Notes: a model not told the origin generated them from the letters alone. A stretch of DNA of 64,000 nt from Thauera sp. (GCA_017302295.1 JAFLDS010000005.1:105666-169665); one strand, 5' to 3'; positions 9,587-24,394 are shown, counted from the first letter of the stretch. Program-made: numbers and translations.

Positions 9587-10900
9587 TCAGCCGAGCGGCG
9601 ACCACTGCGGCTCGATGCCTGCCTCGTCGTCCGCGCAGGCGAACTCCGCGGCGACGCCGATCCCGCCCACCCAGGCTGCGACCCCATCGACTTCCAGCAC
9701 CGGAAGGCGTTCGCGCAACCATGCCGGCACCCCGGCCTCCTGACACAGGTTCTTGAAACTGCGGCTTGGCCGCCCTGCCCCCAAACGCAAGCGCAGGCCG
9801 GCGGAACGGCCCGCCAGCCGCACGCTGGCAGCGCGTTCCAGCTTTTCACGGGACAACCCCGCGCCGGTCACGTTGCAGAACTCGACCCGCCCGCCCGCCC
9901 ACGGGAGGGCGGCTTCGCCGTGCCAGCTCCCCGGCGTGGCAAGCGCCGACAATGCGGGCTCGAGCCACACCCGCCCGCGGTAAACGCAGCAGGCCAGATC
10001 CGCAAGCGACATCCGCAGCGGCTTCGAAGGGCCCGCCTCGCGCAACTGGCGCACCGTCTCGCCAAGCAGGGCACGCGTCGGCGCCTGAACGCCACGCCGG
10101 CGTGCCTGCCAGCGCAACAGGTTGGCGATGCGTGCATCGCTGAGCCGCAACAAGGCGTCGCGCGCCAGCACTGCACCGCCACAGCCCGCTTCGTCGATCT
10201 CTGCCAGTTCGTCGAGCAGGTCGCTCGCCTCGCGGAAATGCGCCGCCGCACGGGCCAGCGCGGGCACCGCTGCGGGAAAACCCTGTTCGATCGCTGGCAG
10301 CACGCGGTGCCGGATGTCATTGCGCGCAAAGCGCAGATCGGCGTTGCTCTCGTCGTCCACCCAGACAAGCGTGCGCGCCGCGGCACAGGCTTCGATCTGT
10401 GCCCGGCGCATGCCGAGCAGGGGTCTCAAGCGTCCACGCGCGCTATCGGGAGCCGGACGCTCGATCGATGCCATCGCTGCGGCGCCACGCACCCCCGCTC
10501 CGCGAAACAGGCGAAACAGCAGCGTCTCAGCCTGGTCGTCCTGATGGTGACCGAAGACGAGCCAGTCGCAGTCGATGCTCGCCAGCGCCGAATGGCGCGC
10601 AGCACGAGCCGCTGCTTCGAGCCCCTGAGGATCGTCGCGTCGCACGGAAACATGGAAGGAAAGGAAGACGACGCCGCGCTGCGCGCATTGCTCGCGACAG
10701 AATGCGAGCCATTCGTTCGCTCGCTGACTGAGGCCGTGATGCACGTGCGCAGCCACCAGTTCGAAGCCGATCCTGGGCTGCAGATCGCACAGCGCCTGCA
10801 GCAGCACGATCGAATCGACACCGCCCGAAAGGCAGCAACACAAGCGGCTGCCGGACGCTACGCCAGCCTCGGCCAGCACGCTGGCAACCGCGTCCAGCAT
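9587..10900 (-). CDS. tilS: tRNA(Ile)-lysidine synthetase
   Basis: SGGVDS PP-loop, HVHHGL, GHHQDDQAETLL, DESN, RNDIRH. Confidence 0.95.
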   Translation of the reverse strand: MLDAVASVLAEAGVASGSRLCCCLSGGVDSIVLLQALCDLQPRIGFELVAAHVHHGLSQRANEWLAFCREQCAQRGVVFLSFHVSVRRDDPQGLEAAARAARHSALASIDCDWLVFGHHQDDQAETLLFRLFRGAGVRGAAAMASIERPAPDSARGRLRPLLGMRRAQIEACAAARTLVWVDDESNADLRFARNDIRHRVLPAIEQGFPAAVPALARAAAHFREASDLLDELAEIDEAGCGGAVLARDALLRLSDARIANLLRWQARRRGVQAPTRALLGETVRQLREAGPSKPLRMSLADLACCVYRGRVWLEPALSALATPGSWHGEAALPWAGGRVEFCNVTGAGLSREKLERAASVRLAGRSAGLRLRLGAGRPSRSFKNLCQEAGVPAWLRERLPVLEVDGVAAWVGGIGVAAEFACADDEAGIEPQWSPLG

Positions 10901-10901
10901 G

Positions 10902-11867
10902 TCAGGCAGCCTGCTCCTTGAAGCGGCCGTAGCTCATCAGCTTGTCGATGCGCTGCGCCACGAGCTCGGACGCCGATAGCGAATCGACCTGGCGCAGGGC
11001 TTCGGCCAGCGCGCGCTTGAGCGACGCGGCCATCGCCCGGTGATCTCGGTGCGCCCCACCCACCGGCTCGTTGACGATCTTGTCCACCAGCCCGAGCGAC
11101 TTCAGCCGCGTCGCGGTGATCCCCATCGTCTCGGCAGCCTCGGAGGCCTTGTCCGCGCTCTTCCACAGAATGGACGCGCAGCCTTCGGGCGAAATCACCG
11201 AATAGGTGGAGTACTGCAGCATCAGCACCTGGTCGCCGACCGCGATCGCCAGCGCACCGCCCGAACCGCCTTCACCGATGATGGTGCAGATCAGCGGCAC
11301 CTTGAGTTCGGCCATCAGGTACAGGCTGTGGCCGATGGCCTCGGACTGGCCGCGCTCCTCGGCGCCGATGCCCGGATAGGCACCCGGCGTGTCGACGAAG
11401 GTGAATACCGGCAGGCCGAACTTCTCCGCGAGCTTCATCAGCCGCATCGCCTTGCGATAGCCTTCGGGGCGCGGCATGCCGAAGTTGCGCGCGATCTTCT
11501 CCTTGGTGTCGCGCCCCTTCTGGTGGCCGATCACCACGCAGCTCTGGCCGTTGAAGCGCGCCAGCCCGCCGACGATGGCCTTGTCGTCGGCGTAGTTGCG
11601 GTCGCCGTGCAATTCCTCGAAGTCGGTGAACATGTGCTGGACGTAATCCAGCGTGTAGGGGCGCTGCGCGTGGCGCGCCACCTGCGCGATCTGCCAGGGT
11701 GTCAGCTTGCCGTAGATATCCTTCGTCAGCGACTGGCTCTTGGCCTCGAGGCGCGAGATTTCCTCAGAGATATCGACCGCCGAGTCGTCCTGAACGAAGC
11801 GCAGCTGCTCGATCTTGGCATCGAGCTCGGCGATCGCCTGTTCGAAATCCAGAAAGGTGGTTTTCAT
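10902..11867 (-). CDS. accA: Acetyl-CoA carboxylase carboxyltransferase alpha subunit
   Basis: [49 protein letters not shown]. Confidence 0.98.
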   Translation of the reverse strand: MKTTFLDFEQAIAELDAKIEQLRFVQDDSAVDISEEISRLEAKSQSLTKDIYGKLTPWQIAQVARHAQRPYTLDYVQHMFTDFEELHGDRNYADDKAIVGGLARFNGQSCVVIGHQKGRDTKEKIARNFGMPRPEGYRKAMRLMKLAEKFGLPVFTFVDTPGAYPGIGAEERGQSEAIGHSLYLMAELKVPLICTIIGEGGSGGALAIAVGDQVLMLQYSTYSVISPEGCASILWKSADKASEAAETMGITATRLKSLGLVDKIVNEPVGGAHRDHRAMAASLKRALAEALRQVDSLSASELVAQRIDKLMSYGRFKEQAA

Positions 11868-12058
11868 CCAGCCGTTCTCAGAAAAAAATGGCTGCCATTG
11901 TAACCCCTGCGCTCGAAAAGCCGTCGCATCGACGCACGAACGGGACCGTCGGAGAGAAATCTGCGCACAAATGCGGATGACAGCCGCCCCCGGCTCGGGC
12001 ATGATTTCTGCTGTCGAAACAAAAAGAAGGAGTAGCGGGGCCCAGTCGGCGCCGCGCC

Positions 12059-13390
12059 ATGGAAATACTTGTCCTGATAGTGCTGATCGTCTTGAACGGC
12101 GCATTCGCGATGTCCGAAATCGCCCTCGTCACCGCGCGCCGGGCGCGCCTCGCGCGCCTCGCCGAGGAAGGCGACAGCGCCGCAGAAGTGGCGATCAAGC
12201 TCGGCGAGGAGCCGACGCGTTTTCTCTCGACCATCCAGATCGGCATCACCTCGATCGGCATCCTCAACGGCATCGTCGGCGAGGCCGCGCTCGCCAAACC
12301 GCTCGCTGGCTGGCTGCAGCGTTTCGGCATGGAGGCAGACAGCAGCAGCTTCCTCGCCACGGTCTTGGTCGTGGTGGTGATCACCTACGTTTCCATCGTC
12401 GTCGGTGAACTGGTGCCCAAGCGCATCGGCCAGATCAACCCCGAAGGCATCGCCCGCCTGGTGGCCAAGCCGATGAACGCGCTGGCCATCGCGTCGCGCC
12501 CCTTCGTGCGCCTCCTCATGGCATCGACCTCGCTGCTGCTGCGCGTGCTGGGCAAGCGCGACGAAGGTGCGCCGAGCGTCACCGAAGAAGAGATCCATGC
12601 CCTGCTCGAAGAGGGCTCGGAAGCCGGGATCATCGAGAAGAGCGAGCACACCATGGTGCGCAACGTGTTCCGACTCGACGATCGCCAGATCGGCTCGCTG
12701 ATGGTGCCGCGCTCGGACATCGTGTGGCTGGACGTGACCCGCCCACTCGACGAGAACCTCGCGCGCATGGCCGAGTCGGACCACTCGCGCTTCCCCGTCT
12801 GCCGCGGCGGCCTGGACGAGATCCTAGGAATCATCGCGTCCAAGCAGCTCTTCAACCAGACGCTCAAGGGTGGCAAGCCCGACCTGACGCATCAGTTGCA
12901 GCCACCGGTTTTCGTGCCGGAATCGCTCACCGGCATGGAATTGCTCGAGCAGTTCCGCGCCTCCAGCACCCACACCGTCTTCGTCATCGACGAGTATGGC
13001 GAGGTTCAGGGCATGGTCACGCTGCAGGACGTGCTCGAGGCGGTTACCGGCGAATTCCAGCCTCACAGCCTCGACGAGGCGTGGGCGGTGCAGCGGGAGG
13101 ACGGTTCGTGGCTGCTCGACGGCCTGATTCCGGTGCCGGAACTCAAGGACCGGCTCGAACTGAAGAGCGTGCCGGAAGAAGAACGCGGCCGCTATCACAC
13201 CTTGTCGGGCATGGTGATGTGGCTGCTGGGACGCCTGCCGCACACCGGCGACGTGACGGTGTGGGAGGAATGGCGACTGGAAGTGGTCGACCTCGACGGC
13301 AAACGCATCGACAAGGTGCTTGCCAGCCGCATTCCGCCCGCGCTCGAGGCCGAGGCCGGCAACGTGCCGACGGAACACCCGGACAGCTGA
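12059..13390 (+). CDS. Hemolysin/CorC (TlyC) family CNNM-CBS-CorC protein
   Basis: [33 protein letters not shown] pair, [15 protein letters not shown]. Confidence 0.92.
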   Translation: MEILVLIVLIVLNGAFAMSEIALVTARRARLARLAEEGDSAAEVAIKLGEEPTRFLSTIQIGITSIGILNGIVGEAALAKPLAGWLQRFGMEADSSSFLATVLVVVVITYVSIVVGELVPKRIGQINPEGIARLVAKPMNALAIASRPFVRLLMASTSLLLRVLGKRDEGAPSVTEEEIHALLEEGSEAGIIEKSEHTMVRNVFRLDDRQIGSLMVPRSDIVWLDVTRPLDENLARMAESDHSRFPVCRGGLDEILGIIASKQLFNQTLKGGKPDLTHQLQPPVFVPESLTGMELLEQFRASSTHTVFVIDEYGEVQGMVTLQDVLEAVTGEFQPHSLDEAWAVQREDGSWLLDGLIPVPELKDRLELKSVPEEERGRYHTLSGMVMWLLGRLPHTGDVTVWEEWRLEVVDLDGKRIDKVLASRIPPALEAEAGNVPTEHPDS

Positions 13391-13601
13391 TCGAATCCGG
13401 CGCCGGCCATCCGGCCGGCACGCCCGCCCCGGCGGGTCGCGGCATCCGCTAACGCGGACGCGAGCGCCCCCTGCGCTGGTGCCGGCCGCAACCGGCTGGA
13501 CGGGGCAATGGAACCTTTTGCGGACCTTGTGGTATTTCAAGGCCTGCAATCAACGAGACCTACCCCCCAGTGCGCACCAAGAACCCCAGGGGTGTCCTGC
13601 A

Positions 13602-16513
<2,912 letters not shown>

Positions 16514-16514
<1 letters not shown>

Positions 16515-16864
16515 TGGAAATCGTCTACGCGCTGGCGATCGGCGTGCTCGCCGGATCGGGCACCTGGCTGCTGCTTCGGCCCCGTACCTTTCAGGTCATC
16601 ATGGGCCTGACCCTGCTGTCCTACTCGGTGAATCTGTTCATCTTCAGCATGGGCAGTCTGAACCTCGACCGTGCACCGATCATCGACCCGACGCGGCCGA
16701 TCGACCCTGCCCTGTATGCGGATCCGGTCCCGCAGGCGCTGGTGCTTACGGCCATCGTCATCGGCTTCGCCACCACCGCCCTGTTCCTCGTCGTCCTGCT
16801 CGCTTCGCGCGGCCTGACCGGGACCGACCACGTCGACGGCGTCGAGGATGGAGGCGAGTCTTGA
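16514..16864 (+). CDS. mrpC: Mrp antiporter subunit C
   Basis: DPVPQALVLTAIVIGFA; TAATG overlap with mrpAB. Confidence 0.94.
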
Positions 16865-18465
16865 ACGGCCTGCTGCAGCATCTCCCCATCCTGCCTATCG
16901 TGATCCCGCTGCTGGCCGGCGCGGGCCTGCTGCTGGTCGACGATGCGCACCGTCGCGGTCGCGCCGTCCTCGCCCTGATCGCGACCGGCTTGCAGCTCGC
17001 GGTCGCCGTGACCCTGATGGACACGGTGAGCCGTGAGGCCTCTACGGGCATCGAGGTCTATCGGCTGGGCGGCTGGAGCGCGCCGTTCGGCATCGTGCTG
17101 GTCGTGGACCGCCTGTCGGCGTTGATGCTGAGCCTGTGCGCGGTGCTCGGCCTGGCTTCGCTCATCTACGCGCTGGCACGCTGGGACCGCGCGGGCGTGC
17201 ATTTCCACCCTCTGTTCCAGTTCCTGCTGATGGGGCTGAACGGCGCCTTCCTCACCGGCGATATCTTCAATCTGTTCGTCTTCTTCGAAATCCTGCTGGC
17301 CGCGTCCTATGGCCTCGCGCTGCACGGCTCGGGCGCCGCGCGCGTGCGCTCCGGCCTCGCATACATCGCGGTCAATCTCGCCGCGTCCCTGCTGTTCCTG
17401 ATCGGCGCCGCGCTCATCTACGGCATTACCGGCACGCTCAATATCGCCGATCTGGCCCATCGCGTACCCGCTCTGGCAGCGGGCGACCGCGCGCTGTTCT
17501 CGGCCGGAATCGCGCTGCTTGCGCTCGTCTTCCTGGTGAAGGCGGCGGCCTGGCCGTTGAACTTCTGGCTGCCTTCCACCTACAGCGCAGCGAGCGCGCC
17601 GGTGGCGGCGATGTTTTCCATCATGACCAAGGTCGGCGTGTATGCGCTGCTGCGCATCGGCTCGGCACTCGAACCCGCCGGCATCATGGCGCCGCTGACC
17701 GACGCCATCTTCGTCATCGGCATCCTGACGCTGGCCTTCAGCGCCCTTGGCGTACTCGGCGTGCAGAAACTGGACCGGGTCGCCGGCTACAGCATCATCG
17801 CCTCGTCGGGAACCCTGCTCGCGGCCTTCGGGCTGGGGATGACCGCGATCACCGCCCCGCTGCTCTACTATCTGACGAGCTCCATTCTGGTGATGGCGGC
17901 GTTCTACCTGCTCATCGAGATGACCGAGCGCAGCAAGCCCTACGGCGCCGACCTGCTCGCGGTGACGATCGAGGCCTTCGGCATGGAGCGTGCGGAGGAG
18001 CAGGCGATGAGCGAGGACGTGGTCGGCTTCGCCATTCCCGGCGCAATGGCCTTCATCGGCATGGCCTTCGTCGCGTGCACGGTGATGATCGCCGGGTTGC
18101 CACCGCTGTCGAGCTTCGTCGCCAAGTTCGCCTTGCTGATCGCCGCGTTCGACGCATCGGCGGACATCGGCGTGGCGCTTCCGGTGTGGGTGCTGATGGC
18201 GGCGATGCTGGGCTCAGGGCTTGCCGGCATCATCACCCTGTCGCGCCTCGGCATGCGCATCTTCTGGAGCGGCGAGGCACGCACCACCCCGCAGCTGCTG
18301 GTCACCGAGGCAGCGCCAGCAGCCGTCCTGATCGGCCTCTGCGTGCTGCTGTCGGTCGCGGCCAGCCCCGCTCTGGATTACATGCAGGCCACAGCCGACG
18401 CGCTGCATGCCCCCGCGCGCTACATCGACGCGGTCATGAGCTCGGCAGGAGAACGTGCGCGATGA
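16861..18465 (+). CDS. mrpD: Mrp antiporter subunit D
   Basis: FLTGDIFNLFVFFEILLAASY, KAAAWPLNFWLP, TKVGVY; TTG start overlapping the mrpC stop. Confidence 0.94.
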   Translation: MNGLLQHLPILPIVIPLLAGAGLLLVDDAHRRGRAVLALIATGLQLAVAVTLMDTVSREASTGIEVYRLGGWSAPFGIVLVVDRLSALMLSLCAVLGLASLIYALARWDRAGVHFHPLFQFLLMGLNGAFLTGDIFNLFVFFEILLAASYGLALHGSGAARVRSGLAYIAVNLAASLLFLIGAALIYGITGTLNIADLAHRVPALAAGDRALFSAGIALLALVFLVKAAAWPLNFWLPSTYSAASAPVAAMFSIMTKVGVYALLRIGSALEPAGIMAPLTDAIFVIGILTLAFSALGVLGVQKLDRVAGYSIIASSGTLLAAFGLGMTAITAPLLYYLTSSILVMAAFYLLIEMTERSKPYGADLLAVTIEAFGMERAEEQAMSEDVVGFAIPGAMAFIGMAFVACTVMIAGLPPLSSFVAKFALLIAAFDASADIGVALPVWVLMAAMLGSGLAGIITLSRLGMRIFWSGEARTTPQLLVTEAAPAAVLIGLCVLLSVAASPALDYMQATADALHAPARYIDAVMSSAGERAR

Positions 18466-18956
18466 AGCGCCCCACCTTGCGCACCCTGTTGCCCGCCGTG
18501 CCGCTGTTGCTGGCGATCTGGCTGCTGCTCAACGACAGCTTCAGCGCCGGGCAGCTGCTGCTTGGACTCGGCCTGGCGATCGGGGTCGCAGCGATCCTGC
18601 CGTCGGCACGCCCGCTGCAGGCGCGAATGCGTCGCCCGCGCGCCGCCCTGGTGCTGCTGATGCGTGTCCTGATCGACGTCGTACGCTCGAACATCGCGGT
18701 CGCCGGCATCATCCTCGGCCCCGAGGACCGGCGCCAGCGCTCGGGATTCATCCACATCCCGCTCGACCTGCGCGACCCTCACGGCCTCGCCGTCCTGTCG
18801 ATGATCGTGACCGCCACGCCGGGCACGGTGTGGGCGGAAGCCTCGCCCGACCACACCGTGCTGACCTTGCACATTCTCGAACTCACGGACGAGATGGCCT
18901 GGCATCGGACGATCAAGCAACGCTACGAGCGACTACTGATGGAGATTTTCGAATGA
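18462..18956 (+). CDS. mrpE: Mrp antiporter subunit E
   Basis: IPLDLRDPHGLAVLSMIVTATPGTVW; ATGA overlap. Confidence 0.92.
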   Translation: MKRPTLRTLLPAVPLLLAIWLLLNDSFSAGQLLLGLGLAIGVAAILPSARPLQARMRRPRAALVLLMRVLIDVVRSNIAVAGIILGPEDRRQRSGFIHIPLDLRDPHGLAVLSMIVTATPGTVWAEASPDHTVLTLHILELTDEMAWHRTIKQRYERLLMEIFE

Positions 18957-19237
18957 GTACAGCGATCGTCGGCAACGCCACCTTGTTCACCTTCGTCTGC
19001 CTCGCGCTGGCAATGGCGTTCGCGACCGTGCGCCTGGCGATCGGTCCCGGGGCGCGCGACCGCGTGCTGGCCTTCGACACGATGTACATCATCGGCGTCA
19101 TGATGGTGCTGCTGATGGCGTTGCGCTCGGGCACGTCGGTTTATTTCGACGTTGCCCTGCTGATGGCCTTGTTCGGCTTCGTCGGCAGCAGCGCGCTGGC
19201 AAAATTCCTGCTGCGCGGGGAGGTCATCGAACCTTGA
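18953..19237 (+). CDS. mrpF: Mrp antiporter subunit F
   Basis: GPGARDRVLAFDT, FGFVGSSALAKFLLRGEVIE. Confidence 0.92.
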   Translation: MSTAIVGNATLFTFVCLALAMAFATVRLAIGPGARDRVLAFDTMYIIGVMMVLLMALRSGTSVYFDVALLMALFGFVGSSALAKFLLRGEVIEP

Positions 19238-19602
19238 TCGAGACACTCTCGCCCTGGGTCGCCGTTCCGGTGGCGTTGCTGTTGTGCGTCGGCGGCATCC
19301 TGACTGCGATCGGCGCGCTCGGCCTGCTGCGCCTGCGCAACTTCTATTCGCGCGTCCATGCGCCAACGCTGGGCACCACGCTCGGACTGGGCTGCATCCT
19401 CATCGCCTCGCTGCTGGCATCGTCAGCGATCGAGCAGCGCCCCGTGCTGCACGAACTGCTGGTCGGCCTGCTCATCGTCATCAGCGCACCGATCACGACG
19501 ATGATCCTGCTGCGGGCCGCGCTGGCCGAGGACAGGCGCAAGGGCCGCCTGCCGCCGGACATGGAAGGGGAATCGCCCGACGACCCGCCGGAAGAGTCGT
19601 GA
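19234..19602 (+). CDS. mrpG: Mrp antiporter subunit G
   Basis: GLLRLRNFYSRVHAPT, APIT. Confidence 0.92.
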   Translation: MIETLSPWVAVPVALLLCVGGILTAIGALGLLRLRNFYSRVHAPTLGTTLGLGCILIASLLASSAIEQRPVLHELLVGLLIVISAPITTMILLRAALAEDRRKGRLPPDMEGESPDDPPEES

Positions 19603-19607
19603 GCTGC

Positions 19608-19645
19608 AAAAAAAGGGAGCGGAGCCCTCGCGGGCATCCGCTCCC
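19608..19645 (-). terminator. Intrinsic terminator of the HPF-like/yccA transcript (convergent with mrpG)
   Basis: GGGAGCGGA-GCCC...GGGC-A-TCCGCTCCC stem next to an A7 run (U7 on the minus strand). Confidence 0.8.
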
Positions 19646-19665
19646 CTGGTCGGGCACCGACGCCG

Positions 19666-20331
19666 TCAATCGTCGTTCATGAAGCCCAGCAGGTGCAGCA
19701 GGCTGGTGAAGAGGTTGTAGATCGACACGAACAGCGACACCGTGGCCATCACGTAGTTGGTCTCACCGCCGTGGATGATGTTGCTGGTCTCGTACAGGAT
19801 CAGACCCGACATCAGCAGCACGACGGCGGCCGAGACGGTCAGCGACAGCGCCGGGATGGAGAAGAAGATCGCCCCCAGGCCGGCCAGGAAGGCCACCAGC
19901 ACGCCAACGAACAGGAAACCACCCATGAAGGAGAAGTCCTTGCGCGTAGTCAGTGCGTAGGCCGACAAGCCGAGGAAGATCGCCGCCGTGCCAGCCATCG
20001 CCTGCATCACGATCTGCGTGCCGTTGGGCATCGCCAGGTACTTCGACACGATCGGACCGAGCGTGTAGCCCATGAAGCCGGTCAGCGCGAACACGAACAG
20101 CACGCCGAGACTGCTGTTGCGGAACTTCGTCGTCAGGAACAGCAGGCCGAAGTAGCCGACCAGGGTCAGGATGAGGCCAGGGTGCGGCAGGCCGAGCGCC
20201 ATCGACGCCCCGGCGGTCACCGCCGAGAACGCCAGCGTCATCGACAGCAGCATGTAGGTGTTGCGGATGACCTTGTTCGTCGAGAGGACGGAAGCCTCCG
20301 AGCGGGTCATCGTAGTCATGCGGTTTTCCAT
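19666..20331 (-). CDS. yccA: Bax inhibitor-1/YccA family membrane protein
   Basis: NKVIRNTYMLLSMTLAFSA, FTGFMGYTLGP, KDFSFMGGFL, LYETSNIIHGGETNY. Confidence 0.92.
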   Translation of the reverse strand: MENRMTTMTRSEASVLSTNKVIRNTYMLLSMTLAFSAVTAGASMALGLPHPGLILTLVGYFGLLFLTTKFRNSSLGVLFVFALTGFMGYTLGPIVSKYLAMPNGTQIVMQAMAGTAAIFLGLSAYALTTRKDFSFMGGFLFVGVLVAFLAGLGAIFFSIPALSLTVSAAVVLLMSGLILYETSNIIHGGETNYVMATVSLFVSIYNLFTSLLHLLGFMNDD

Positions 20332-20393
20332 GTTGGGTCAATCTCCAGGTGTATTGAGTTGTTTTGGGAGTCGGTCGGCAGCACGCGGACAAA

Positions 20394-20741
20394 TCAGGCC
20401 GGCGTCGGCAAGCCACCGCCGAGTGCCAGGCGTTCGGGCTTCCTTTGGCGCCTCAGGCGCTGGGCCAGCACGCGCGATACGCGCTCCGCCGCTTCATCGA
20501 CGGCGGCGCGCACGTCGAGTTGGGTGATGGCGAAGACGACATCGGGCAGGTTGCGCAGGCGCAACTGTACGACGCAGCGCTTGTCCGCACCACCGCGAGG
20601 CCCGTTGACGTCGGCGACCTTCACGCGCGCCCAGCGGATGTGATCGTGGAAGCGCCCGATCGCAAACCGCATGCGCCTAGCCACGTACTCGTGGAGGCCG
20701 GGAGCCGCTTCGACATTTTCACAGTGCAGATCGATTCGCAT
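20394..20741 (-). CDS. Short HPF/RaiA-like ribosome-associated family protein (divergent subfamily)
   Basis: HPF-like pattern with DVNGPRGGADKRC motif; strong AAGGAG SD upstream. Confidence 0.75.
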   Translation of the reverse strand: MRIDLHCENVEAAPGLHEYVARRMRFAIGRFHDHIRWARVKVADVNGPRGGADKRCVVQLRLRNLPDVVFAITQLDVRAAVDEAAERVSRVLAQRLRRQRKPERLALGGGLPTPA

Positions 20742-20902
20742 ACAGGTTCTCCTTTGAAATGGGCACGCACCGCCAGCGCGGGAACCACTGTCGATGCTAC
20801 CCCTCTGACTCTTCGATAAAATCTCGGTTCAACTGAATTTTTATCCGTTTTTTTCGAAATACACTGCGCGCTGACGATGTCCAGGCGCAAGGAACGGCGA
20901 CC

Positions 20903-21823
20903 ATGCTCAACTACAAACAGCTTCACCATTTCTGGTCGGTGGCGCGCGCCGGCGGCATCGTCCGCGCCAGCGAGCGCTCCGGCCTTGCGCCGCAGACCCT
21001 GTCGGGCCAGATCGCCACGCTCGAGGCTGACCTCGGCGTAACGCTGTTCCAGCGCCAGGGGCGGCGACTCGTGCTGACCGAAACCGGGCGCATGGCGCTG
21101 GATTATGCGGAAGAGATCTTCCGCCTGGGAAGCGAACTCGAGGAGGCCGTACGCACGCGCGCAGCGGGGCGCATGGCACCGTTCCGGGTCGGCGTCGCCG
21201 ACGTCGTGCCCAAGGCGATCGCCTATCTGCTGCTGGCACCATCGATGCAGCTCGCCGAACCGATGCGCATCATCTGCAGGGAGGGCAAGCTCGAGCGCCT
21301 GCTCGGCGAACTGGCCATCCACAAGCTCGATGTGGTCCTCGCGGACAGCCCGCTCCCCTCCAACATGGACGTGCGCGGCTACAGCCACACGCTCGGTGAA
21401 TCGACAATCGGCTTCTATGCGTCGGGGCCGCTTGCCGACAGCCTGCGCGGAGACTTTCCCGCGTGCCTCGACGGTGCGCCGCTGTTGCTGCCGGGCCTCG
21501 AGGCCGCGGTGCGCGGACCGCTGCTGCGCTGGATGGAAGCCGGCAAACTGAGGCCACGCGTCGTCGGCGAATTCGACGACAGCGCGCTGATGCGCGCCTT
21601 CGCCGAGGCCGGCGCCGGAATCTTTCCCACCGCACAGCTCATCGGCGACGAACTCGTCGCGCAAGGGGTAATGCGACGCCTCGGCGAAGCACAAGGGGTG
21701 TCCGAGACCTATTACGCCATCTCGGTTGAACGCCGGTTGACGCACCCGGCTGTGCGCGCGATCAGCGAAGCGGCGCCGATCTACGCGGGACAGTCGTCCA
21801 AGGCGCGAAACCCAGGCCCTTGA
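20903..21823 (+). CDS. nhaR: LysR-family transcriptional activator, NhaR type
   Basis: LNYKQLHHFW...PQTLSGQI, FRVGVADVVPK, HKLDVVLAD, EFDDSALMRAF, ERRLTHPAVRAI resemble the corresponding NhaR segments as I recall them. Confidence 0.85.
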   Translation: MLNYKQLHHFWSVARAGGIVRASERSGLAPQTLSGQIATLEADLGVTLFQRQGRRLVLTETGRMALDYAEEIFRLGSELEEAVRTRAAGRMAPFRVGVADVVPKAIAYLLLAPSMQLAEPMRIICREGKLERLLGELAIHKLDVVLADSPLPSNMDVRGYSHTLGESTIGFYASGPLADSLRGDFPACLDGAPLLLPGLEAAVRGPLLRWMEAGKLRPRVVGEFDDSALMRAFAEAGAGIFPTAQLIGDELVAQGVMRRLGEAQGVSETYYAISVERRLTHPAVRAISEAAPIYAGQSSKARNPGP

Positions 21824-22002
21824 GGGGCCCCTGATCAGCAGGGCGCGATTGGCTGGAGCGGGGAAACCCGCCGCCATTCGCGGAGAAGGCGCGGGCGGCG
21901 AAAGCCAGTGCTGCAAAACAGCAGCGAACACCCTAGAATGGCGAGCTTTTGCTGAGTCCAGACAGTGAGAGCACCCAGTTTCCAACTGGCCGACTTCACT
22001 AC

Positions 22003-22087
22003 TGGTGCCGGGAAAGGGACTCGAACCCTTACACCTTGCGGCGGCGGATTTTGAATCCGCTGCGTCTACCGATTCCGCCATCCCGGC
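22003..22087 (-). tRNA. tRNA-Leu (anticodon CAA)
   Basis: GCCGGGATGGCGGAATCGGTAGACGCAGCGGATTCAAAATCCGC...GGGTTCGAGTCCCTTTCCCGGCACCA; 85 nt, long variable arm, encoded CCA. Confidence 0.97.
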
Positions 22088-22098
22088 ACGGGACGCGC

Positions 22099-22128
22099 AT
22101 TATCTCCGAACAATCGCGCCGGCGGCAA
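22099..22128 (-). promoter_or_regulatory. Probable sigma70 promoter of tRNA-Leu
   Basis: TTGCCG-N18-GATAAT followed by a GC-rich discriminator. Confidence 0.55.
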
Positions 22129-22173
22129 GCCGGCGGCAAACATCACGCTCACGCACGCTCCATCTTCACACCG

Positions 22174-24325
<2,152 letters not shown>

Positions 24326-24352
24326 GCCGTAAAAAGTCGCTCATGTCGCTGC

Positions 24353-24361
24353 TGTTATAAT
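24353..24361 (+). promoter_or_regulatory. Extended -10 internal promoter for yajC-secDF
   Basis: Perfect TG-N-TATAAT 33 nt upstream of the yajC start. Confidence 0.6.
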
Positions 24362-24394
24362 CCAACACTTTTAGCAATCTCTGGAGTTCCTACC

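Noticed and set aside
13391-13601. Known Na+/Li+ riboswitch upstream of mrp
   Set aside because: I could not find the conserved segments I recall for these motifs; only generic pairing potential is reported
19666-20331. YetJ-type di-aspartate pH-gated Ca2+ channel
   Set aside because: The corresponding segments read YETS and VSIYN rather than carrying the two Asp residues; it fits YccA
21858-21910. Superficial resemblance to a c-di-GMP-I riboswitch (GGGAAACC...GGCGAAAGCC)
   Set aside because: No GNRA-capped P2, the GCAAA junctions do not match, and it lies 3' of nhaR with no adjacent downstream gene to control
20621-22081. 486-aa minus-strand ORF starting [12 protein letters not shown]
   Set aside because: It begins inside the tRNA-Leu gene and runs antisense through nhaR; an artefact
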